From: an uncultured cyanobacterium
Lineage (GTDB): Bacteria; Cyanobacteriota; Cyanobacteriia; Cyanobacteriales; CAWCAG01
Assembly: GCA_963803805.1 (NCBI GenBank)
Contig: CAWDOD010000006.1
Coordinates: 1 to 64,000, forward strand
Direction: 5' to 3'
Length of the DNA: 64,000 bases
Shown here: positions 40,896 to 51,720 of the stretch, piece after piece
How the letters are laid out: each line of letters opens with the position of its first letter
Position numbering within the stretch: the stretch's first letter is position 1
The notes under the pieces: generated by a model
What the model was told of the DNA's origin: nothing
The model's database searches: none
What the model saw: the letters and a program-made list of their open reading frames with translations, nothing else
Program-made: the position numbers and the translations under genes

Positions 40896-42267
40896 TTATT
40901 CTTCTTCAAGCAATTGGAGGATTTTGTAAGTTACTTCCATACTTTCTTGATAAAGGCTATCTTGTCCCCAACGTTGGAGTTGCCCAGATAACAAATCCTC
41001 AGTTTTTTGGTCAAATAAAGGAGTTACTTGCTGAATACGACAAGATTGTGCGCCACCGCCGGATTCCATACGCATACAGCCTGTAGTTTCCGAACACAAA
41101 ACAGTACAGCAATCAGCATCTAAATCGGTGGAAGTGAGACGTAAACTAGTTAAATCTCCTGGAACATCTCCCCAATCGGCGGTAGGAATGCCTGCTAATT
41201 CTGCTTCTACGGTAACTTGAGCATCAGTAGTAAATTTGATGCGTCTGATATCATAGTCCCCTCCTTCTTTGACGAAAGAAATAGGCTGCCATTTAAGGCG
41301 ACTAGCTAACCAACCCAAGTACATCAAGGCTTGAGACTGGTTGCCTTTTTCATAATCAATGGTAACACGGTCAACTTTCTTAATATCCGCTCTTCTTTCT
41401 GGAGGATCGAAAGCTTCTGCTGCTAGTTCTTGCCATGCTGCTAATCTACCCCAGTTTAAGTCAGCAACGATATTTTTTTGTTCCAATAGTTGGCCAACTT
41501 TAGCTAAGTCAGCTTCGGGAGACATAAAACTACTAGAGTCAAAAATGATGGTGTCGCTACTTCCTGTTAAGCGCTTAAATAAGCCATATTCAGGATCAGG
41601 GGTAGCTTTCCACCAAATATATTTCGGTAAACCACTAATCAACAAGGCAGAAATCACGCCACCAATGCGTTCAAGGGGCCTCTGATGTACCCCGTAGGGT
41701 AATGTATTCACAGCAAATCAAAGAAGCATTTTTACTGCGTTTCTGAATAGGACAATAAGCAGAAACTTGGGCTTTTACCCCTTCGTCTTCCCCCGCTATG
41801 GGGCAAAGGGTAATAATCCGACAAGGATTAGAAACAGCGATCGCATCAGCAACCCCAGCTCCTTCTAAATCCGGAGAATATTTGATTGCTGCTGTTTCGT
41901 TTTCTGGGGTTAATTTATCTTCCTCTTTGGCTTTTTCAAATTCTTCTTCCAATCTCTTCAGGAAATCGGCATTAGATTTGCCTGTAACCTCTAATTGATA
42001 TTTTTTCTGGGCTGCTTTAATTGCCGCAGTAGTACGAGGTCCAGCAATGCCATCAACTGCACCTTTGTAAAACCCTAAAGCAGCAAGTAGTTGTTGAGTT
42101 CCATCTGGTTCATAAACTATAAAACTAAAGGTAGTAGCCCTAGTAGCAGAACCATCTTCACCACCATAATTTTGCCAGATTTCTTGTAATTCTGATTCAA
42201 TGTCATCAATTGAGACATCTTTAGGAGTTTGGAGAGAAACAATCGGGGCTGATTTTGTAAGTACCAT
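40896..42267 (-). CDS. opcA: Glucose-6-phosphate dehydrogenase assembly protein, split by a 1-nt frameshift near 41675
   Basis: RATTFS, NPCRIITL, AQVSAYCP, CCEYITL, PKYIWWK, DLNW.RL..WQEL; removing one base of GGGG 41675-41678 gives TLRGTSEALERIGG; follows zwf. Confidence 0.92.
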
Positions 42268-42296
42268 TTTTCAGTTACCAATGATCAGTTATCAGT

Positions 42297-42405
42297 GTAG
42301 GGGCGACCCGTTTTCGGTAATATTGTTGATAAATCAGAGTTTAAATTGGGTCGCCTTTTGGGTTCAGTGTCTAAAGTTTAAATTGGGTCGCCCTTTGGGT
42401 TCAGT
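42297..42405. repeat. Long-loop GTAG REP-like element with duplicated right arm
   Basis: GTAGGGGCGACCCG...AATTGGGTCGCC; 31-bp direct repeat at 42338-42368 and 42375-42405 (1 mismatch). Confidence 0.75.
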
Positions 42406-42406
42406 A

Positions 42407-43936
42407 TCATAACCGTCGCCAGCTTCTGCCATCGCGGTTGATGAGAAATTCGGCTTCTGTGGGTTCCCAAGTACCTGCTTCGTATTGAGGAACAGTGGTA
42501 GGATCGGCGGGGGCATCCCAAGCAGCTAAGGCTGGGGTAACAACTCGCCAGGCTTCCTCTACTTCATCGGCGCGAGTAAAGAGGGTTTGATCTCCTAACA
42601 TACAGTCGAGGAGGAGACGGTTGTAAGCATCAGCGGTTGCCATGCCAAAAGAGGAACCGTAGTTAAAGTCCATATCTACAGAGCGACTACGTAATTCTGT
42701 ACCAGGCATTTTCGCTTCAAAGCGCAAAGAAATTCCTTCATTCGGTTGAATACGCATAGCCAAAACATTAGGGCTGACTTGCCTAGCAGCAGATTGGAAG
42801 ATTAGTAAGGGAACTTCTTTGAAATGGATAGAAATTTCTGAGACTTTTTTCGGCAACCTTTTACCTGTACGCAAATAAAAGGGGACACCTTTCCAGCGCC
42901 AGTTATCTACCAAAAGTTTCATCGCCACAAAGGTTGGTGTGGTAGATTCTGGGTTAACTCCCGATTCTTCTCTGTATCCAGGTACAGGTTTTCCTTTCAT
43001 CCAACCTTGGGAATATTGACCACGAATAGCACAGCGATCTAGGTTATTGATATCTGCTAGGTGAGCCGCTTGTAGAGCTTTAACTTTTTCGTTGCGAATA
43101 CTATCAGCGTTTAAACCATTGGGAGGTTCCATGGCGGTAAGGGCAAAAAGCTGAAGCAGGTGATTTTGAATCATATCCCGCAATGCTCCTGATTTATCGT
43201 AGTAACCTGCCCTTTCTTCTACACCAACGGTTTCAGCAACGGTAATCTGGACATGATCTACAAATTGCCGATTCCACAAAGGTTCAAAAATGGCGTTGGC
43301 GAAACGAAATACCAGGAGGTTTTGGACTGTTTCTTTACCCAAGTAGTGGTCGATGCGATAAACTTGTTCTTCTCGGCAAACTTCTTGGACTACTTTATTG
43401 AGCTTTTGAGCAGAGGTTAAATTTTTACCGAAGGGCTTTTCAATTACAAGGCGATGGTGAGCTGGATCTTCTAGCATCCCTGCTGCCCCAAGGTTTTGAA
43501 TAGCGGGAACAAAAAAATTCGGGGAAACCGAAAGATAAAAGACTCGATTACCCTGTGTTCCCCTTTTGCCATCCAATTCTGCTAAGAAAGCTTTCAGTTT
43601 TTCATAGCTTTCCGGTTCGTCCATGTTACCAGAGCAGTAAAATAAACCTTGGGCAAAGTCTTCCCAAACCTCTTCTGATTGAATACCATCGGAAAATTCT
43701 TCAATACCTTCGCGCATTTGCTGACGAAAATAATCGTGGCTCCAATCTCTACGGGCAACACCAACTATCGTAAATTCTGGTGGCAATCTCCGCTCTAGTT
43801 TGTGTTTATATATTGCTGGAACCAATTTGCGTTGGTTAAGGTCGCCAGAAGCACCAAAAATAACCATAATTAATGGTTCTGGGGAACGTTCTTGGCGCAG
43901 TCCGACTCGAAGGGGATTTTCTTGGAGAGTAACCAT
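42407..43936 (-). CDS. zwf: Glucose-6-phosphate 1-dehydrogenase
   Basis: [38 protein letters not shown]. Confidence 0.97.
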   Translation of the reverse strand: MVTLQENPLRVGLRQERSPEPLIMVIFGASGDLNQRKLVPAIYKHKLERRLPPEFTIVGVARRDWSHDYFRQQMREGIEEFSDGIQSEEVWEDFAQGLFYCSGNMDEPESYEKLKAFLAELDGKRGTQGNRVFYLSVSPNFFVPAIQNLGAAGMLEDPAHHRLVIEKPFGKNLTSAQKLNKVVQEVCREEQVYRIDHYLGKETVQNLLVFRFANAIFEPLWNRQFVDHVQITVAETVGVEERAGYYDKSGALRDMIQNHLLQLFALTAMEPPNGLNADSIRNEKVKALQAAHLADINNLDRCAIRGQYSQGWMKGKPVPGYREESGVNPESTTPTFVAMKLLVDNWRWKGVPFYLRTGKRLPKKVSEISIHFKEVPLLIFQSAARQVSPNVLAMRIQPNEGISLRFEAKMPGTELRSRSVDMDFNYGSSFGMATADAYNRLLLDCMLGDQTLFTRADEVEEAWRVVTPALAAWDAPADPTTVPQYEAGTWEPTEAEFLINRDGRSWRRL

Positions 43937-43940
43937 TTGT

Positions 43941-44074
43941 TCAGTTATCAGTTGTCAATTTAGCCTGCGGCAACGGCTACGCCGTACAGTTAGTTATCAG
44001 TAAGACTGCTTTGTAGGTAGAGGCGACCCATTTTCTGGTATTTCAGAAATTACTGTAGTCTTATTGGGTCGCCC
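43941..44074. repeat. TCAGTTA heptamers enclosing a 27-bp double mini-hairpin, followed by a long-loop REP-like element
   Basis: TAGCCTGCGGCAACGGCTACGCCGTAC (43961-43987); GTAGAGGCGACCCA(44017)...TTGGGTCGCCC(44074). Confidence 0.65.
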
Positions 44075-44083
44075 GGTGTAAAT

Positions 44084-45238
44084 TCAAGCGGCTATTTGCT
44101 TAACTTTGGAGTCTAGGGAGTCCATTAAAGAGTCGAAGGGTTTAATGAATTTATCGATGCCTTCATCAAGAAGTTCAGCCATTACTTCATCAAGGTTGAT
44201 GTCAACATCAGGATCTTTTAAACCTTCGATGGTTTGGTAAGCCTTGTCAACATCGGTTTCAATACGGCTGAAGGGATCGCAATGATCAGCACAAGCTTCA
44301 ATAGTATTGGGAGGAAGAGTATTAACAGTATTTGGTCCTACCAACTCATCCACATACATAACATCGCTGTATTCAGGATTTTTGGTGCTAGTACTTGCCC
44401 AGAGTAAACGTTGTACTTTAGCTCCTTTGGCTTCTAAAGCTTTCCAACGCTCACTACCAAAAATCTCTTTATATTTCTGGTAAGCAACTTTAGCATTAGC
44501 GATCGCAATTTTACCTTTAAGTTCTTCGAGTTTCGCTTTTTTCTCTAAACGATCTACACCTTTTTTAAGTTTGGCATCAAGGCGATCATCAATATTACTA
44601 TCAATGCGACTGAGGAAGAAACTAGCTACAGAGGCGATTTTACTAATATCTTCCCCTGCTTCAGCTCGTTTTTCCAAACCTTTGATATAAGCCCAAGCTG
44701 TGTCTACATAACTGTCTACGGAGAATAGGAGAGTGACATTAACATTGATACCTTTGCTAATCACCTCTTCTACTGCCGGCAAGCCTTCGGAAGTGCCAGG
44801 AATCTTAATCATGACATTTTCCCGACCGAGGGCTTCGTAGTAGCGAACCGCCTCTTTGATAGTACTTTCAGTATCCTTAGCTAAATTGGGGGGAACTTCA
44901 ATACTTACATAGCCATCTAAACCGTCGGTTTCTTCGTAAATTCCTTTGAAGATATCGCAAGCATTACGAATATCCTCAAAAACTAAAGACTCATAAATTT
45001 CTGTTGTCGATTTGCCCGCCTCAATGCCCTTAGCAATATCAGCATCATAAACTTTGTTGCCAGCGATCGCCTTTTCAAAAATAGCTGGGTTAGAAGTAAT
45101 TCCATGAATACCACGACTGGTAATCATCTCTTTCAATTCACCAGACTCAATGAGATCCCGGCTTAAGTTATCCATCCAGATACTCTGACCGTATTTTTGG
45201 CCAATTTCAAAGATAGGATTTTTAGCTGTAGCTGTCAT
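44084..45238 (-). CDS. tal: Transaldolase
   Basis: QSIWMDNL, GITSNPAIF, GYVSIEV, MIKIPGT, INVNVTLLFS, QRLLWAST. Confidence 0.95.
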   Translation of the reverse strand: MTATAKNPIFEIGQKYGQSIWMDNLSRDLIESGELKEMITSRGIHGITSNPAIFEKAIAGNKVYDADIAKGIEAGKSTTEIYESLVFEDIRNACDIFKGIYEETDGLDGYVSIEVPPNLAKDTESTIKEAVRYYEALGRENVMIKIPGTSEGLPAVEEVISKGINVNVTLLFSVDSYVDTAWAYIKGLEKRAEAGEDISKIASVASFFLSRIDSNIDDRLDAKLKKGVDRLEKKAKLEELKGKIAIANAKVAYQKYKEIFGSERWKALEAKGAKVQRLLWASTSTKNPEYSDVMYVDELVGPNTVNTLPPNTIEACADHCDPFSRIETDVDKAYQTIEGLKDPDVDINLDEVMAELLDEGIDKFIKPFDSLMDSLDSKVKQIAA

Positions 45239-45344
45239 AATTTCTCCTGTGATTGTTTTAAACTTTAATTCTTAAACTTGTAAACAGTCTGCATCCGCCT
45301 TAAGAGGTAAATATCTTGAATCGATACCTACCATAACTGTTTCG

Positions 45345-46406
45345 TCAAACACTAACTGTTTCATCAGACACTCTCCTGACATAATCTTGTATGAAAGATT
45401 CCACTAAGTTGACATCTTCTGTACTGCCAATTACTAAGGGTGTGCGAGCGTGTATTTGGTCTGGTACGATATCCAAAATTGCTTGGGTTCCCGTGCTAGC
45501 TTTACCTCCTGCTTGCTCGATCAAAAAGGCTAAAGGTGCAGACTCATAAAGAAGTCGCAGTTTCCCATGGGGGTTTTTAATTGTGCCTGGATATAAGAAA
45601 ACTCCACCCTGAAGAAGAATACGGTGAAAATCCCCCACCAATGCACCGCTGTAGCGAGAGGTATATCCTTCGTGGCGGTGGACATAACGGATATATTCCC
45701 TAATCGACTCATCCCACTGCCAGTAATTTCCTTCATTAACACTATAAACGGGCCCATGTTGGGGAACTTTAATGTTTTCCTGAGCCAGGATAAATTCTCC
45801 TAAGCTGGGATCAAGGATGAAGGAGTGAACTCCATGACCAATGGAATAAACCAAGATGGTACTTGGACCATAAAGTACATATCCCGCCGCAATTTGCTTG
45901 TTTCCTGTTTGTAATAAATCTTTCCCGTCGCCATCTAGATCGTCACCTTCTTGTTGGCGGACAGCGAATATAGAACCAACATTGAGGTTAATATCTACAT
46001 TAGAAGAACCATCAATGGGGTCATAGAGCAGAGTATAACGACCAATAGGACAGTTTTCGGGGATATAATAGGGTTTCTCCATTTCCTCAGAAGCTAAGCG
46101 ACAAACAAGACCGCTTTGCTTAAAAGCAGAGATAAAGACATCGTTGGCGTAAATATCCATCTTTTTGACGGATTCCCCTTGCACATTAATCTCGCCAGTA
46201 AATCCTAATGCCCCAGCCATTAAACCTGCTTTGCTCAAGCGCCGAGAAACAAGTTTGCTTGCTAGAGCAATGCGGTTCATAATAGCGCTGATATCCTGAG
46301 CTTCTGACGAAAAGCCTTGAAGCTGCTGTAGAACATGACGAGATAAGGTAGTACAATCCCTATCCAAAGCGTACTCTTGAGTACCAGGCTGTTCCTGATT
46401 TGGCAT
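45345..46406 (-). CDS. fbp: Class 1 fructose-1,6-bisphosphatase
   Basis: [34 protein letters not shown]. Confidence 0.95.
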   Translation of the reverse strand: MPNQEQPGTQEYALDRDCTTLSRHVLQQLQGFSSEAQDISAIMNRIALASKLVSRRLSKAGLMAGALGFTGEINVQGESVKKMDIYANDVFISAFKQSGLVCRLASEEMEKPYYIPENCPIGRYTLLYDPIDGSSNVDINLNVGSIFAVRQQEGDDLDGDGKDLLQTGNKQIAAGYVLYGPSTILVYSIGHGVHSFILDPSLGEFILAQENIKVPQHGPVYSVNEGNYWQWDESIREYIRYVHRHEGYTSRYSGALVGDFHRILLQGGVFLYPGTIKNPHGKLRLLYESAPLAFLIEQAGGKASTGTQAILDIVPDQIHARTPLVIGSTEDVNLVESFIQDYVRRVSDETVSV

Positions 46407-46543
46407 ATAATTTATCCTCCTGTCGAGTAACGCTAAGTTTGACTTGCTTCTCTACTTACATATTAAGGAGGTATTTCTAATTTGCTTAGTAACTTTAGAC
46501 TAGCTTCAGGTTGATATCACTTTATCAACTTTATTTTTTCTTA

Positions 46544-46756
46544 CTACTCAATAGAAATAGACTGAGGGCCTTCGTCTGTATTGACTACTTTGTTGAAAGT
46601 GGGGCTAGATACAGAGGCTCCTTGGTTTTCTAGCCAACTTTTTAAAGGATCTTCAGAAAGGTCGAGTCTAAACACACCAGAAAATAGACCGCCGACAAAA
46701 GCAAGAGGTTGTTGAGCTAATTCTTTGGCAATAGGGCCTAATTCACTAATGAACAT
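46544..46756 (-). CDS. Small conserved cyanobacterial hypothetical protein
   Basis: MFISEL.P...QQPLAFVGGLFSG.FRL.L..DPLKSWL...GPQSISIE. Confidence 0.7.
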   Translation of the reverse strand: MFISELGPIAKELAQQPLAFVGGLFSGVFRLDLSEDPLKSWLENQGASVSSPTFNKVVNTDEGPQSISIE

Positions 46757-46804
46757 AGAAAAACTCCTCATAAAACTTTTTCCTCTTCTGGAATTGTAGC
46801 GTGT

Positions 46805-47430
46805 CTAGCTATTAGTCTGATCATTGGTCATTAAAACTGTTTCCCCTAAATATTTTCTCAAATAGGGAGAAAACACTTCGTAAATAAGAGTTAAGGGTTT
46901 TTGATCATGCCAAAACAAATAATGGCGGCCCCAAAAAGGGCCTTTTTGCCAAAGGCAGCTTCTAAAGCTTCAGAATGACCGTAATAAATACCTTGAATAT
47001 CTCGATATAACTCTGTATGCAAGCGTGAGAGACTTTCCCAAATTGGTAGAGAACGATTCTGTAAATACTCATCTACCTGGTTAGCCCCCCACCAAGAAGT
47101 AGCATAGGCAAGGCGTTGACCAGAAGCAGTACGTAGCCATACCTGTCGCCTTAATCTTGGTTCTGGTACTGCTTCAATGAGGGTGGGTGCGTAGTCATTA
47201 TTGTTGCCAATAGGAGACATATCGATTACGTCTACCTCTGTAGGTTCGCGAGTAAGGAGTTTAAGGTGACGAGTGGGGGAACCATCTCCTAGAAGTAGTA
47301 TCTGCCACGCAGGTGCAAGTTGAGAGTGAGGAAGTCCTTGTTTAACCACTTCTTCTCCCGCTTCCCATATGGGCTGGAGGCGATGCCAGCCTGTTTGTAT
47401 AGTGATGCTGTTTGTAGGTATCAAGGTCAC
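46805..47430 (-). CDS. Chorismate lyase (DUF98/UbiC-like), with a 1-nt frameshift near 46940
   Basis: LLLGDGSPTRHL, RRQVWL, LAYATSWW, PIW; adding one base at 46938-46951 gives KGPFWGRHYLFWHDQKPLTLIYEVFSPYL ending at TAG 46805; probable GTG start at 47430. Confidence 0.8.
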
Positions 47431-47709
47431 AGAAATTTTATTTACATATCTTAACACTTTATTTGAAAATAACTTCTTCTGGTTGAGAAACAACTATGAA
47501 AGCAATAACTTTAAAAGGCTATTTATTGATCAGGTTTTCAATATCTTTAACTCTATATAGGTAGAAACTAGACCAAACAATCTCACTTAAGAGACATTAC
47601 TTGGAGCTTAAGCCTAATTTAGGATAATCAATAAATTGAATAAAACTATGTATTTAAAAGCATCCCAAAATTGCTTACCTATCAATTATTAAATTAGGCT
47701 ATTTTAATC

Positions 47710-48585
47710 ATGACAAAAACATCTGAACGTCGTCCTACCCCTGAAGAAATTCCTGGACAAAAGCTCGATTATCCTGCTTCTCAAGAAGATATGACACCTC
47801 AGCCTGATAGTGATTTATCTAACTATAAACCTGCGGAGAAACTTGAGGGTAAAGTTGCCTTTATTACGGGTGGAGATTCGGGAATTGGTAGGGCGATCGC
47901 TATTGCCTATGCGATGGAAGGTGCAGATGTGGCTATTTTCTTTGACCAAAATGTCAAAGATGCTCAAGTTACTAAAGAAGCCGTAGAAAAAAGAGGTCAG
48001 GAATGTTTGGTGATTCAGGGGGATGTGAGAGAATTTGCTAATTGTGAAAGCGCTATCAAAGAAACAGTAGAAAAGTTTGGTAAGCTCAATATTTTAATTA
48101 ATAATGCGGCTTACCAAATGACTCAAAAGAAGTTTGAGGACATTAGTTTAGAGCAGTTTCGTCGCACCATGGAAACTAATGTCTTTGGCTATTTTTATAT
48201 GGTTAAAGCAGCTTTGCCCTATCTCAAGGAAGATGATGTCATCATCAACACCGGTAGTATCGTCGGCAAAATTGGTAAAGGAATGCTGGTAGATTACTCT
48301 ACTAGTAAAGGGGCAGTGCATACCTTTACCAAAGCTTTAGCTCTTAATCTTGGCGATCGCAAGATTCGTGTCAACTCGGTTGTCCCTGGCCCTGTTTGGA
48401 CTCCTAATATTCCTGCGACTATGCCTAAAGACAAAGTAGATAATTACGATAAAGATGGCATCATTAAACGCACAGCACAACCAGAAGAACTTGCTCCTGT
48501 GTATGTTTTCCTAGCTTGTAGTGATAGCAGTTTTGTTACCGGGGCTTTATATGATGTCACCGGAGGGCAACTTTCTAGCACTTGA
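47710..48585 (+). CDS. SDR oxidoreductase (general stress YghA/YdaD type)
   Basis: ITGGDSGIG, NNAAYQ, YSTSK, PGPVWT. Confidence 0.9.
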   Translation: MTKTSERRPTPEEIPGQKLDYPASQEDMTPQPDSDLSNYKPAEKLEGKVAFITGGDSGIGRAIAIAYAMEGADVAIFFDQNVKDAQVTKEAVEKRGQECLVIQGDVREFANCESAIKETVEKFGKLNILINNAAYQMTQKKFEDISLEQFRRTMETNVFGYFYMVKAALPYLKEDDVIINTGSIVGKIGKGMLVDYSTSKGAVHTFTKALALNLGDRKIRVNSVVPGPVWTPNIPATMPKDKVDNYDKDGIIKRTAQPEELAPVYVFLACSDSSFVTGALYDVTGGQLSST

Positions 48586-48765
48586 AGAAAGCAATAGGGA
48601 AGGGAGTAGGTAGCAAAGAAACCATTAGATGAAAGTTTTTTTAGTCATTAAAGTTTGCTCCCAAAGGTACTAGCAAAGGTTAGGGAAGCCTAGCAATTCT
48701 TGATATCCTTGTAGAAGTTATCTAAGGAGATTTCTATTGCTCACTCCCTACTCACTTGATAAAGC

Positions 48766-49134
48766 ATGAGAGTTTTTCATACCATTCGCATCTACAATCG
48801 CCAAACTAGATCTGTACATACCTTGGAAGTGCCGGAAGATCAATATATCCTTACCAGTGTTGAAGAACAAAATACATCCTTACCTTTTTCCTGTCGTAAT
48901 GGTGCTTGTACAACCTGTGCGGTAAGAGTAATTAGCGGGGAAATATATCAACCAGAAGCTATGGGATTATCTCCCCAACTGCAAGAAAAAGGTTACGCTC
49001 TTTTGTGTGTTGGTTATCCTCGCTCTGATCTTGAAGTAGAAACTCAGGATGAAGATGAGGTTTACGAACTTCAGTTTGGTAAATATTTTGCAAAGGGAAA
49101 GGTGCGGTTTGGTTTGCCTTTGGATGAGGATTAA
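48766..49134 (+). CDS. Plant-type 2Fe-2S ferredoxin with C-terminal extension (Fed2/FdC2-like)
   Basis: LPFSCRNGACTTC, ALLCV, QDEDEVYELQFG. Confidence 0.88.
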   Translation: MRVFHTIRIYNRQTRSVHTLEVPEDQYILTSVEEQNTSLPFSCRNGACTTCAVRVISGEIYQPEAMGLSPQLQEKGYALLCVGYPRSDLEVETQDEDEVYELQFGKYFAKGKVRFGLPLDED

Positions 49135-49660
49135 AGCTTTTGTTTTGCTGGGTTGTACCCTAATGCTTTGGGGTTGTCGTTCCCCTCAACCTCCTGTAGG
49201 AGTGACAGCAAAAGTGCAGAGGGTGGTTACAGGACAAAGTATTGAAGTCGTAGAACAATCTCAACAGCAAGCCTTGATTGAAAAAGTGAGACTTATTGGT
49301 ATTGAATCACCGGACTTGGAACAGCAACCTTGGGGGCTGGAAGCAAGGAATAATTTAGCAGAGTTATTAGGGGAACTTCAAGGAGAACAATGGATATTAG
49401 GGGAAGTGCTTTTGGAGTTTGATTCTCAACAGAAAGACAATTTTGGTAGTCGTTTGGCATATGTTTGGCATGGGGATCTTTTAGTTAATGAACAACTACT
49501 CCAAGCTGGATCTGTACTTGCTAAATCGCGATCACCTAACAACAAATATCAAGAACGTCTCCAACGGGCCCAGGAATATGCTCAAATTATGGGTTATGGT
49601 ATCTGGAACCCAGAACAGCCTCTACGTCAAACTCCAGAAGAGTTTCGCCAGAGGCAGTGA
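49124..49660 (+). CDS. Thermonuclease (SNase) family lipoprotein
   Basis: LWGC lipobox, VRLIGIESP, DNFGSRLAYVW, VNEQLL, GIW; ATG 49124 overlaps the ferredoxin end. Confidence 0.82.
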   Translation: MRIKAFVLLGCTLMLWGCRSPQPPVGVTAKVQRVVTGQSIEVVEQSQQQALIEKVRLIGIESPDLEQQPWGLEARNNLAELLGELQGEQWILGEVLLEFDSQQKDNFGSRLAYVWHGDLLVNEQLLQAGSVLAKSRSPNNKYQERLQRAQEYAQIMGYGIWNPEQPLRQTPEEFRQRQ

Positions 49661-49661
49661 T

Positions 49662-50294
49662 TTAACTTTTCTCCTCATACCCTCTTATCCTCTTTAGGGG
49701 TTCACTTAAAGCCTTGACTACCGCTTCCAAACACCGAGAATCAGTTAGCATCCAAGGATGTAAGGGAATATTCAGCTTGACTTGTTTTCCTACTGGTATT
49801 AAAGAACTTTGGGCAGGAACAATCATTAAATCGAAAGGTGTCCAAATGGTTGTGAAATTCAGTTTCCTTAATATTTCTGTACCATCATGGTTTAAATCTT
49901 CTAGTAAAGAACTATGGGGCCGCATTTGTACACACCCTGGACGTTGAGATAATTGAGCAATAATTGTGCCATGATTAGGTGCAGAGATACTAATATAGCG
50001 TTGTACTTGCTTAATTCCTCCTAGTCTTTGCAAATAGTAGCGAGTAACAATTCCTCCCATACTGAAACCAACTAAATCTAAAGGTTGTTGAGGAGTAAAA
50101 TTAGCTTCAACATATTCTGCTACTTGCACTGCCAGTTTATCTAAACCTAAGTCTCCGTTATTGGGAGTCAAGTTTAATTTGTATACAGACCAACCTAATT
50201 TTGTCAAGTAAGCTGACAGGGAATTGAAAACGGCAACGGTATCATTGATGCCGTGAACGAGTAGTACCGGATTGCGATCAAATTTTGCGGGCAT
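49662..50294 (-). CDS. Lipase / alpha-beta hydrolase
   Basis: PVLLVHG, GFSMGG nucleophile elbow, APNHGT. Confidence 0.88.
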   Translation of the reverse strand: MPAKFDRNPVLLVHGINDTVAVFNSLSAYLTKLGWSVYKLNLTPNNGDLGLDKLAVQVAEYVEANFTPQQPLDLVGFSMGGIVTRYYLQRLGGIKQVQRYISISAPNHGTIIAQLSQRPGCVQMRPHSSLLEDLNHDGTEILRKLNFTTIWTPFDLMIVPAQSSLIPVGKQVKLNIPLHPWMLTDSRCLEAVVKALSEPLKRIRGYEEKS

Positions 50295-50569
50295 TTGTGC
50301 AAGTGCAAAATGAGTTAAATGTTAAATTTTATTGAAAAAACAGATTTTTTAGGGCTTTATAAAACGGAATTTCGGATTTTTATTAACTTATATTAATAAA
50401 CATTGCTAGAAATTTATTTTTCTGGCTTTATTAATAATAAGAAATGAAAACTTCGCCGCGAAATTCTATCTTCCTCTGATTTCAGGAAATAGGTCTTAGC
50501 AGATTAACAACTGGAGTTCCAAGACTTCAGTTACTACTAACTTTATTATAAATTCAGGAGTTATTGCCA

Positions 50570-51061
50570 ATGTTTGGTTTTGGAAAAAAAAAGAATGGCT
50601 TTTTTGCGGAAATAAAGGAAGGAGCAACCGAATTACAAGAAAATGTTAAAGAAGGGGTTGCTGAATTAAAGGAAAATGTCAAAGAAGGTACATCTGAATT
50701 ACAAGAGAACGTCAAAGAAGGTACAGCAGAATTAAAGGAAAACATCAAAGAAGGTGTTGCTGACATCAAAGATAGCCAAAATAAAAAAACAAAAACCAAG
50801 ATAGAGAAGTCAGCTACCGAGCAAATTAATACCCAAACAAAAAAAACTGCTCCTGCTTCTGAAGCTGATCGCATCAGTGAACTAATCTCTTCAGCAGTTC
50901 AAGGTAATAATAATAACAAAAATACTAAAGCAGAATCTGAAGATTTAGTAGGTTTTGCATCTAAAAACTTTACCTTAGCTCCCACTCCTCGCCGTCGTCC
51001 AGGAGCCAACATGACCATGTTTAAAGAGATGGCTAGTCAGGCAAAAATCCCTAGAAATTAA
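50570..51061 (+). CDS. Hypothetical protein with five 11-aa amphipathic repeats
   Basis: AGGAG RBS at 50556; KEG..EL.EN(V/I) repeats at 50615-50779; C-terminal RRRPGANM..F..MA. Confidence 0.7.
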   Translation: MFGFGKKKNGFFAEIKEGATELQENVKEGVAELKENVKEGTSELQENVKEGTAELKENIKEGVADIKDSQNKKTKTKIEKSATEQINTQTKKTAPASEADRISELISSAVQGNNNNKNTKAESEDLVGFASKNFTLAPTPRRRPGANMTMFKEMASQAKIPRN

Positions 51062-51720
51062 ACTTGGTTTTTGATTTAATTTCAACAATAACATACTTGT
51101 TAAGTAGATAAACTTAGGGGGTGGGTTAAGACACCCATCTCTGTTTATGTATTAAAACCCTTAAAGACATCTTTAAAATAATTTTATAATTTATTTTTTA
51201 TTGCCTCCTTCTTTCCTCGATAAGATTATAATCAAATCAGACAAGATTCAATGCCAGCTTAATTTATGCCTACTTTTAGAAATTTAGGTAGAAAGCATCC
51301 TAAAAGTTGCTAAAATACTAAACTACTGATCGCTTTTTCATTCCAACCACAAGTGATAAAGACATAAGTACTAGCCATTTGTACTCCTTGGAATGTTCCC
51401 TTCAGTCAAGTATTTTGCTAAGCAGCAAAAAGAAAAAATAAAGCTATTTATGTTTGAATGATGAAGTCTCTTCCTTCCTCTATCATTAGCTTAGCCAAAT
51501 TTTGGATTGCTCGTAATTTTCGCCTAGAAAAAAATTAGTTAGGAATAAAGTTTCCACTAAGCAGCAAAGCTGTTAGAAGTAAGGAATATTGTGCTTACTA
51601 TTTAGTGGCATTGAATCTGCACCAGGATAATTTATAGATGTTCAGCAAATGTATCCTGAACATCTATATTTACCTAAGAATCAAGCTTATAGATCAATAT
51701 CGAGTAAGGCACATTTAGAG

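Noticed and set aside
49049-49123. Long N-terminal extension of the thermonuclease ORF (likewise 53829-53945 for the DUF4340-like ORF)
   Set aside because: Extensions overlap the upstream genes; internal ATGs at 49124 and 53946 give proper signal or TM N-termini
50554-50874. 106-aa minus-strand repetitive ORF
   Set aside because: Antisense shadow of the 11-mer repeat gene, which has the RBS
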